Shown here in pieces: positions 1 through 7,188 of a stretch of DNA of 33,124 nt (its first letter is position 1; each line of letters starts with the position of its first letter). The stretch spans positions 1-33,124 of the forward strand of contig JAFLEG010000001.1 in the NCBI GenBank assembly GCA_017302195.1, written 5' to 3'. The notes beneath the pieces were generated by a model. The model did not search any database and had not been told where the DNA came from. It was given only the letters and a program-made list of their open reading frames with translations. The position numbers and the translations under genes are program-made. This DNA comes from Verrucomicrobiota bacterium (GTDB taxonomy: Bacteria > Verrucomicrobiota > Verrucomicrobiia > Limisphaerales > UBA9464).

Positions 1-80
1 GGGAACAACAAACCGCAACCAAAGAATCTGTCGATTTGCAGTTCCTCGAACTCGAATTCAGTTGGAGGGACATGTGCAAT

Positions 81-132
81 TAGTTAGTTAATAGTTAGTT
101 AGTTTAGTTAGGTTATGTTTATTTTAGTTTAG
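81..132. repeat. TAGTT/TTAGT-rich low-complexity tract with stop codons in several frames
   Basis: Sequence reads tagttagttaatagttagttagtttagttaggttatgtttattttagtttag. Confidence 0.8.
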
Positions 133-160
133 ACATAGTCGAGTCCTTTTCATGCTGAAA

Positions 161-178
161 AGCTAAAGCTAAAGCTAA
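161..178. repeat. Hexamer tandem repeat (AGCTAA)x3
   Basis: Sequence reads agctaaagctaaagctaa. Confidence 0.85.
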
Positions 179-808
179 GAACATACCAGCCAAAGAAATC
201 AGAAAATAGCATCAGCTGCAAAGCCTTGATAATCCATTAGTCTAACTTGATTGGTGAGGAACAGTGGGAATGAATGGTATTTTATTATGTTATGATATGA
301 CTGGAGAAGAAAAATGTATCAAGAGTTGGTGTCAGATTTTGAAGTTGATCCTTTGGATATGATGATTGGCTCATTGATGCATTGTGGGGAGAAGAAGAAT
401 CTAGTCAACAAGTTCGCATTGCATCAAGTCGCTTGCATTGAAAACATCGAAGATGGTGTGAGTGACAGAATTTCTTGCTGGGAAGACTGGAAAGATTGGC
501 AGTGTATATTATGGGGAACAGTGATTCTTCCCCTTGTTTCAGGTTTGGAACAACGTCCCGTCGGGTTGGGGTACTTGGAGGATCTACGGGAGGTGCAGGT
601 CAGATCGTGGCCGGTTGCACCTGGCGTCTCGTCACCATCCCTGACCCCAACGGCTCCCATCGAATCCGCCGGCGTTGCGCTGTCCCACCCGGACTTGAGG
701 GAGATTCGGCGGCAGCACCCGGACGGCGCCTTCTGGATCTCGCGCCGGCGCGTCCGGCCCTGCGGGAGCTGGATCATCGTGCCATCGGCACGTCGGGATT
801 CCCGAAAC

Positions 809-3424
809 TCAGGGTCCCTTGTCGGTTCGCTCCCGGACCAGATCCCGGGTGAAACGCGCACCGGGCGGCATCAGGTCTGGAGTCAGCTCTTGAGGCGCCC
901 CCAGGAGGCGATTTCGGGCGTGAATGGCCACCAGGGCGTAGGCGCCCCGGCCCGCAGGTGATTGTTGAAGTTCCGCAACCGCGGCGTTGGCAGCCGGCAG
1001 GTCGTTCTCGAGCACGCGGACAAACACCTTACGAACGGCATCCGGATCGCGCCCTCCAAGAAAGCGGATGGCGTCGCCTGGGGGGAGGCGGTATCGCTGG
1101 ATCCAGATCCATCGCAGCATGGTGGCATCCGCATCCCGTCCGAAGTAATCCAGCGCCTTCTGACGATCGGGATGGTCGGGCTTGGCCAAGGCCGGCACCA
1201 GTTCGGCGAACTGGAGGATCCGCTCCCACCGGTAGCGACCGCTCGTATCCGGATAGCGTTCCAACCGTCCGCGGACTGCATTGCTGAAGGCTTCGACATC
1301 GCCGCGCGCCGCCGCATCCCAGGCCTGGGTCTGGAGATCCGATGCCGAGCCGCTCGCGCCGTCCGCCAACGCGGCCTTCCGCAGTTTTGGATCGTCCAAA
1401 GCCAGACCCAACAGCCATGCCTTCTCCCCGATGTTGTTGGAGACCTTGACCGGATCGCCCAGGTGGGCGCGGACCCGGAAGTAGAACCGGCGAGCCTCCC
1501 CGGGGAAGCCGGACAGCGCATAGGCGTCGAACACCGTCTCCTCAAGGCCCGAATCGGTGTTCTTCCAGTACAGCCGCTCGGCATCCTGGGCCCAGGCCAG
1601 ATCCCGGGGACGCCGAGGCTCCCCGGACTGCAGCACCTCGAAGGTGTTCAGGTTGGGCTGCGGCGCCGCAGCGGCGACACGCTCGCGAAGCGGGAGCAGT
1701 TCGGGATGCGACTTCTTCATCTGCGCCAGATTCCTTCCGGCCAGATAGGTGAGCAGTGGCGCGGACTCCAGGAATCCCCCCTCCTCGAGCAGACGCTCCA
1801 GCGTCGGCGCAATTTCCGACGAGACCCCGCCGTTGCCCAGGAGGGCGCTGTAGCGTGGCACATGCAGCGGCTCCAGCCAGCAGGCGCTGACGAACCGCCG
1901 GGCGGTCGCCGCCGGATCCGCGGCACCGCCCGCACCATGGAACGGCGGAATCTTTTGCCCGGCAAACCGCATGGTTTCGGTAACGTACTGGAGGCGGTTC
2001 ATCGCCTGCTGTCGGGTCTCGTCGCCCTCGCGCGAGGCCTCGAAAAATGGGGACCAGGTTTCGAGAGCCCGCAGTGAAGCCGTCTTCACCGGACGGGCAT
2101 CCTCCCGAGACCCGTACCGTTCGTTGAGGAATCGGTGCCGGACGCCCAACTGCCAGCCGGCCATTTCCCATCCATAGCCCGCCAGGTCACCGCAGGTGGC
2201 CACGGTGGTCTCCCGCAGAGGTCCCGCGGAAAGCTCTTCGGCAAGACGGTAGAGAGGCGCCATTTCTTCCAGCCCTGCGAGGGCGGTGTCCTCCGAGTTG
2301 CGCCCCCTCGACAGTTTCTGCAGAGCCTGCGCACACGAAGTGACACCCTCCCTGAAGGGGGCAAATTCAGCCGAAGCACTGCGTTGCTGGAGGAGATCCA
2401 TCCACGCAAGGCGCTGTGCCAGCGCGCCAAAGCTGAACTGGTGTCCCATCCCCACGGATCCCCGGCTGGCGGCAATCGGAGCGTAGTTGTGAAGCGCGCG
2501 CTGGGAAGCCTTGCTGCGAAAGATCATGGGCAGGACGTCCTCCAGCAGCGGCCAAGTGTGCTCGTCAGCCGCGTTCGCGAACAGGAGGGCGGCGGCCAGG
2601 GACGCCGACGGTGTGTCGCAGGCCGCCAGGAAGGTGGCCTGGGTGTTGGGACGGCTCATCCGCACATCCCACACCCTGACAAGCGGCTGATTGGTCCACG
2701 CCTCGGGCCGTCCCTGCCAGGCGGCGTCCGCTCCGGGTCCGCGCCCGGATTGGTACAGGAGTGGCGTCCAGAAGGCGTCCTCGGTGTTGCCTGAAACGAT
2801 TTCCGCCAACGCCAGCCAGGCAGCTGCACGCGCCAGGAGGAGTCCGTCGAGGGTCACGCGCCCCGCCTGGGGCGGTGGACAGGCGTGCGCCAGCAACCCC
2901 GCAAGCTGGATCGCGGTGGAAACCGGATTGGTGGCGGTCAGGCCATCCGAAATCGCAAAGGCGTTGGTGAGGCTCGACTCCCGCGAAGGGTGGGACCGGG
3001 CGGCGCCGCTCCAATAGGCATCGGACAAAAACCCGGCCTCCGGCACGGCGCGGATCTGCAGTTGCCGTGCCGCTTGTGCCGCCGTCTCCCGGAAGAACTT
3101 CGGCCCCAGGCAGAGCAGGCTGTTGGGATAGTCCAGGGTCACGGACCGGAGCACGTCGGCCGACTCTCCGGTGATCTTCAGGGTCCAGCGGTGCGTGGCG
3201 TCGGTGGCGTCCAAACGGAACCCCACCGTTTGTGGACGTGCCGACTGTCCACTCCGAGCCTCCTGCCAGGCCAGCATCACCCGGACGCATTCCACCGGGT
3301 AGCGCCTCTGGACAACGTCATGAAACGTGGTCTCCGGGGCATAGAACTGCCCGGCGGCCCGGCAGGCAAAACCCAGAAGCAGGGTCAGACGCACGAGGGG
3401 AATCTTGCGGGTCGCCGGGATCAC
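809..3424 (-). CDS. Large secreted hypothetical protein (871 aa), mostly helical-looking, no family recognised
   Basis: Long ORF with diverse protein-like composition and a GTG start. The N-terminus MIPATRKIPLVRLTLLLGFACRAAGQ looks like a signal peptide. The opposite-strand ORFs are R/G/P/H-rich shadows. Confidence 0.65.
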   Translation of the reverse strand: MIPATRKIPLVRLTLLLGFACRAAGQFYAPETTFHDVVQRRYPVECVRVMLAWQEARSGQSARPQTVGFRLDATDATHRWTLKITGESADVLRSVTLDYPNSLLCLGPKFFRETAAQAARQLQIRAVPEAGFLSDAYWSGAARSHPSRESSLTNAFAISDGLTATNPVSTAIQLAGLLAHACPPPQAGRVTLDGLLLARAAAWLALAEIVSGNTEDAFWTPLLYQSGRGPGADAAWQGRPEAWTNQPLVRVWDVRMSRPNTQATFLAACDTPSASLAAALLFANAADEHTWPLLEDVLPMIFRSKASQRALHNYAPIAASRGSVGMGHQFSFGALAQRLAWMDLLQQRSASAEFAPFREGVTSCAQALQKLSRGRNSEDTALAGLEEMAPLYRLAEELSAGPLRETTVATCGDLAGYGWEMAGWQLGVRHRFLNERYGSREDARPVKTASLRALETWSPFFEASREGDETRQQAMNRLQYVTETMRFAGQKIPPFHGAGGAADPAATARRFVSACWLEPLHVPRYSALLGNGGVSSEIAPTLERLLEEGGFLESAPLLTYLAGRNLAQMKKSHPELLPLRERVAAAAPQPNLNTFEVLQSGEPRRPRDLAWAQDAERLYWKNTDSGLEETVFDAYALSGFPGEARRFYFRVRAHLGDPVKVSNNIGEKAWLLGLALDDPKLRKAALADGASGSASDLQTQAWDAAARGDVEAFSNAVRGRLERYPDTSGRYRWERILQFAELVPALAKPDHPDRQKALDYFGRDADATMLRWIWIQRYRLPPGDAIRFLGGRDPDAVRKVFVRVLENDLPAANAAVAELQQSPAGRGAYALVAIHARNRLLGAPQELTPDLMPPGARFTRDLVRERTDKGP

Positions 3425-3524
3425 CCACCGACTGAACCCACCGGTCCACGGGGTGTCAATCGGACAGCACTACGAGAATCCGGAGGATCCCATTCGAAGC
3501 CGGGGAAGCCTCCGAGCTCCAAGT

Positions 3525-3554
3525 CCGGCGGGCCGTAAATATTTCCCCCGCCGG
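3525..3554 (-). terminator. GC-rich hairpin downstream of the O-antigen-ligase-like gene (possible terminator; no U-tract)
   Basis: ccggcggg (3525-3532) pairs perfectly with cccgccgg (3547-3554) around a 14-nt AT-rich loop. It lies 50-80 nt past the stop at 3605. Confidence 0.25.
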
Positions 3555-3604
3555 CCTGCCCGGCAGGATGACGGTCTGGTGAGCGTCACCGGCTCCAACG
3601 CCAA

Positions 3605-5491
3605 TCAGGGCGCGCCCACCGGCGGCAGGGGCTTCAGGCGCTGCTCGGCCTGAGCAATAATGTCCTGGGCGAGGGGGTTGGCCCACCACTGCCATTCCAG
3701 GGACTGCTTCGCCATCTGGCGGGCCTCGGCGGGACGGCCCTGCTGGAGCAGATACCAGGCGACGGCGTTGTGGATGGCGACGTCGTTCGGACCCCGCCGC
3801 ATCGCCTCGGCAAAGGCGGCGGCGGCGGCCTCGGGCTGGTTGAGCCAGTTCTGCGCCTGCCCCAGGGCAAGATGAGCCCGGGCGTTGTGCGGATTGAGCT
3901 GGATCGCCCGCTGCAGGGAGGTCACGGCCTGCCCCGCCTCCTCCTTCCACGCCCCTTCGCCCTGGAGGCTGAGGCGCCGATGCACCTCGCCCAACTCGAA
4001 GGCGGTCCGATCGTTGTCCGGTCCTTCGACCGCCGCGCGTTGCAGGGCCTCCGCCATCGCGGCGTCGAGGTGCCGCATCTGGCGCACGCGGTTCAGGGCC
4101 ATGCCCTCGCGTCCAAAGCGGGACGCCTGGGGCAGCATCCAGACCAGTGTCGCGGCGGCCGCCGCGGTGAGGATGAACCGGCCGGGCAGCCGCGGACGGA
4201 ACCAGAAGCGTTCGGTGGAAAACCGCAGCGTCGAGGCCAGCAAACCCACGATCAGCGCGGCGGTGATGGCGATGCCCGGCGTGTGCAGGTCGAAGTCCAC
4301 GATGCAGTGCAGTCCGAGCCCGACCAGTCCCACCCAGGCTCCCAGGAAGAAGGCGGTCCGATTGCTGGTGCGAGCGCCCAGGTCCCCGGACGACCGCTCC
4401 ATGTACCGGCTGGACCGCACCACGCCCCAGACCAATCCCAGGAGGGTGAGTCCCATCAGCCCGGCGCCCGCGATGCCATAGTCCACCAGCAGGTTGAGGT
4501 ACTCGTTGTGCACCCGGACCGGCGCAGCCTGAAAACGGGCGGGACGGTACGCGGGAAAGCGGATGTCAAACTGGGACGGGCCGACCCCCAGCCAGGAGTG
4601 GTCCCGCCACATGGCCACCGCCGGCTTCCACAATTCGCGGCGTCCGGCAGAATCCATGTTCCCCTCCTGGGAGAGGTTTTCGATGCGCGCCCGCGCCTTC
4701 TCGGAACGCGACAGGAAGACCATGCCTCCGATCGCCAGAACGCCCACGGCGAGGGCCACCGGGAGGCGCAGTTCCCGGCGGCGCCATCCGATCCACGCAA
4801 ACAGGATCACCAGCGCCGCCGCGGCCGCCGCCCATCCGCCACGCGACATGGTCACGGCGATGCCTCCGGCCATGATCAGCGCGGCGTAGCCGTGCAGGAC
4901 CTTGGACAGCGACTTGCCGCGCCCCACGAAGACCTGCGCCATGGCCAGCGGGAGCAGCATCACCAGGAAGCCGGCCAGGTGATTGGGATTCACGAAGGGA
5001 CCGCCGGCCCGCTTCACATAATTGAGCGGCTGGATGAGCCACAGGATGCGGTTGGATCCGCTTACCCACTGGATGATGGCATAGGCGGCCACCGCGCCGC
5101 CGAGTCCAACCAGCGCATGGGCCATCCACTGCATCGTTTCCTGGCGGTAGGAATTGTTGAGCGCGACGAGAAACACCACCGCGCACACGCAGACCAGCAG
5201 CAGTTCCCGGCGTGCGGGATAGGTGACATCCACCCCCATCGCGCGCCACGCGGCGTAGCCCACGAAACCCAGCGCCGGCCAGATCATGGGATGCAGCAGC
5301 ACGCGGTGGGACGGATTGAGCCAGAGCCGGGCGATCCACACCGGGAGTGCGAGGGCGGCCAGTCCGGACACCAGGCCCAGCTCGCTGGTCCGCACTCCGC
5401 CAAATCCCACCACCGCGACCGTCACCAGGGCCAGGAGGAGTCCGACCAGCGCCTGCTCACCCAGCTCATCGAGTTTTTCGCGATCCCACAT
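3605..5491 (-). CDS. O-antigen ligase (Wzy_C)-like polytopic membrane protein fused to C-terminal TPR repeats
   Basis: About 10 hydrophobic segments plus a ...VTMSRGGWAAAAAALVIL... region typical of O-antigen ligase domains. The C-terminal ~170 aa is TPR-like (QRAIQLNPHNARAHLALGQAQNWLNQPEAA...). I prefer the ATG at 5491; an upstream GTG at 5596 is possible. Confidence 0.7.
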   Translation of the reverse strand: MWDREKLDELGEQALVGLLLALVTVAVVGFGGVRTSELGLVSGLAALALPVWIARLWLNPSHRVLLHPMIWPALGFVGYAAWRAMGVDVTYPARRELLLVCVCAVVFLVALNNSYRQETMQWMAHALVGLGGAVAAYAIIQWVSGSNRILWLIQPLNYVKRAGGPFVNPNHLAGFLVMLLPLAMAQVFVGRGKSLSKVLHGYAALIMAGGIAVTMSRGGWAAAAAALVILFAWIGWRRRELRLPVALAVGVLAIGGMVFLSRSEKARARIENLSQEGNMDSAGRRELWKPAVAMWRDHSWLGVGPSQFDIRFPAYRPARFQAAPVRVHNEYLNLLVDYGIAGAGLMGLTLLGLVWGVVRSSRYMERSSGDLGARTSNRTAFFLGAWVGLVGLGLHCIVDFDLHTPGIAITAALIVGLLASTLRFSTERFWFRPRLPGRFILTAAAAATLVWMLPQASRFGREGMALNRVRQMRHLDAAMAEALQRAAVEGPDNDRTAFELGEVHRRLSLQGEGAWKEEAGQAVTSLQRAIQLNPHNARAHLALGQAQNWLNQPEAAAAAFAEAMRRGPNDVAIHNAVAWYLLQQGRPAEARQMAKQSLEWQWWANPLAQDIIAQAEQRLKPLPPVGAP

Positions 5492-5813
5492 GGTTGATTC
5501 CCAGGAGGCTAGGACCGAAGCGCCCCCCGCCGGAAGCAGAACTTCAACGACACCAGCCCAGGACACGGGGAACCCCGGGGCGATGCCAGGGCACACTGGG
5601 TTCCGTGCTGGCCCTCCTGAGCCGTCACTGTTCCATGGAATTCAGAGCACTGGCACCGCAGAGGCCCGGAGACACGGAGAAGAACGCCAAATTCATGGAG
5701 GCCGCACCCCTCACCGAACCGTGATTGCGCCTCGCCCAATGCCCACCGTCTTTCCTCCGTGTGCCCAGCGCCTCTGTGGTGAAACCCGCCGCTTCCCACC
5801 GCATCGCTACCGC

Positions 5814-7184
5814 TCAGATGCCTTCGAGCCGTCCGGTGCTGTCGCCCACCTTCTCGGCCTTCACCCCCATGCGGTCGAGCAGGGAGGCGTAGAGGTTGGT
5901 CATCGGCGTCTGCTGGGCGAGCTTGAGGTGGCGTCCGGATTGCAACCCGCCGCCGCCGCGGCCGGCCAGCACCACCGGGAGATCATCATGGTTGTGCTTG
6001 TTGCCGTCGCCGATGGCGCAGCCATAGACAATCATGGAGTTGTGGAGCACCGAGGTGCCGTCCGCATCCTTGAGGGACTCCAGGGTCTGTAGGAACCGGG
6101 CGAAGCGCTCCATGTACCAGTGTTCGATCTTGGCGACCTTGAGGATCTTTTCCTGGCTGCCGGAATGGTGGGTGAGGAAGTGGTGTCCCTCGGAGATGCC
6201 CAGCGTGGGGAAGGGCCGGTTGCTCCCCTCCGGCGCAACGGCAAAGCTCACCACCCGCGTGGAGTCGGTGTGAAATGCCATGGCCATCAGGTCGTACATC
6301 AGGTCCACATGCTCCCGGTGACCCTCGGGCACGCCGGCCGGCTCGGGAATTGTCGGGTCCGGCAGCCGGAAGCGCTCCGCCTTCTCAATCTGGGTCTCGA
6401 TCTTGCGGATGCCCGCCAGGTACTCGTCCAGCTTCTGACGGTCGTTGCGTCCGAGGTCGCGGTTCAGGCGGTGGACATCCTCCAGCACGAAATCCAGCAC
6501 GCTCTTCCGCCGTGCCAGCCGCTGCCGCAGGTTGGACAGCCGCTCCGCCCCGTTCCCGCCACCGAAGAGCTTCTCGAAGACGGTCCGCGGATTGGCCTCC
6601 GGCGCGAGCGGCAACGACTCCGAGGCCCAGGAGATGTTGTACTGGTAGGCGCACGGATAGCCGGTGTCGCACGAGCCATACAGGCGGGCGCCCTCCACCC
6701 CGAGCTGCAGGGAATCCAGCCGGGTGAGATGGCCCACCTGACGGGCGGCGATCTGGTCCACGGAAATGCCCAGATGCAGGCGCGACCCCAGGGTCTTCCA
6801 GGCGTGACAGCCGGTCAGGAAGGACGCGCCGGACCGCGCATGGTCGCCGGGACCGTCGCCCCAGTTGTTAGCCGCATCGTGGGTCAGGTGCGTGATGACC
6901 TGGAACTGCTCCCGGAGATCCTTCATGGGCAGGAAGGTCTCGTTCATCTCGTACTCGCGGCCCTCGCCCCTCGGAAGCCACCGCTCGTAGTTCGAGCCGT
7001 TGGCGAAGGCGATGAAGCCCATGCGCAGGGGCATGCCGGTGGCGGTGGTGGCCATTGGCAGGGCCGATTCGGCGAGCAGCCGTGAGCCGGGCAGCAGCGA
7101 TTCCAGGGCCGGCAGTGCCAGGCAGACGCCGGCACCGCGGAGGAATCCGCGGCGATCGAGACGGAGGGGGCGCGATGGGTTCAT
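5814..7184 (-). CDS. DUF1552 domain protein with twin-arginine (Tat) signal
   Basis: N-terminus reads MNPSRPLRLDRRGFLRGAGVCLALPALESL. Overall layout, including the HNHDDLPVVLAG motif near the C-terminus, matches the DUF1552 family as I remember it. Its start is 4 nt from the stop of the upstream DUF1592 gene. Confidence 0.8.
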   Translation of the reverse strand: MNPSRPLRLDRRGFLRGAGVCLALPALESLLPGSRLLAESALPMATTATGMPLRMGFIAFANGSNYERWLPRGEGREYEMNETFLPMKDLREQFQVITHLTHDAANNWGDGPGDHARSGASFLTGCHAWKTLGSRLHLGISVDQIAARQVGHLTRLDSLQLGVEGARLYGSCDTGYPCAYQYNISWASESLPLAPEANPRTVFEKLFGGGNGAERLSNLRQRLARRKSVLDFVLEDVHRLNRDLGRNDRQKLDEYLAGIRKIETQIEKAERFRLPDPTIPEPAGVPEGHREHVDLMYDLMAMAFHTDSTRVVSFAVAPEGSNRPFPTLGISEGHHFLTHHSGSQEKILKVAKIEHWYMERFARFLQTLESLKDADGTSVLHNSMIVYGCAIGDGNKHNHDDLPVVLAGRGGGGLQSGRHLKLAQQTPMTNLYASLLDRMGVKAEKVGDSTGRLEGI

Positions 7185-7188
7185 GGGA

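Larger units (their letters stand above)
1..555. other. AT-rich segment compositionally foreign to the rest of the window (possible chimeric join, contig-end artefact or foreign DNA)
   Basis: Hand count gives 206 G+C in nt 1-540 (~38%), versus 39/60 and 42/60 in nt 601-660 and 661-720. The switch falls within ~545-600. Confidence 0.7.

Noticed and set aside
458-542. Eukaryote-style intron signals: GTGAGT donor at 458-463, and a polypyrimidine tract plus TTTCAG acceptor at 537-542, in phase 0 relative to the ATG at 314.
   Set aside because: These are short consensus motifs that arise by chance in AT-rich DNA. The exon that would follow (from 543) stops after ~33 codons with no recognisable sequence. 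I mention it only as weak support for a non-bacterial origin of nt 1-555.
314-961. 215-aa ORF starting in the AT-rich segment, with a GGAG 7 nt upstream of its ATG.
   Set aside because: It runs across the 38% to 68% GC boundary and into the 3' end of the convergent 871-aa gene. After ~75 aa the translation looks like random GC-rich sequence. At most the first part could be the remnant of a foreign gene, so I did not call it as a CDS.
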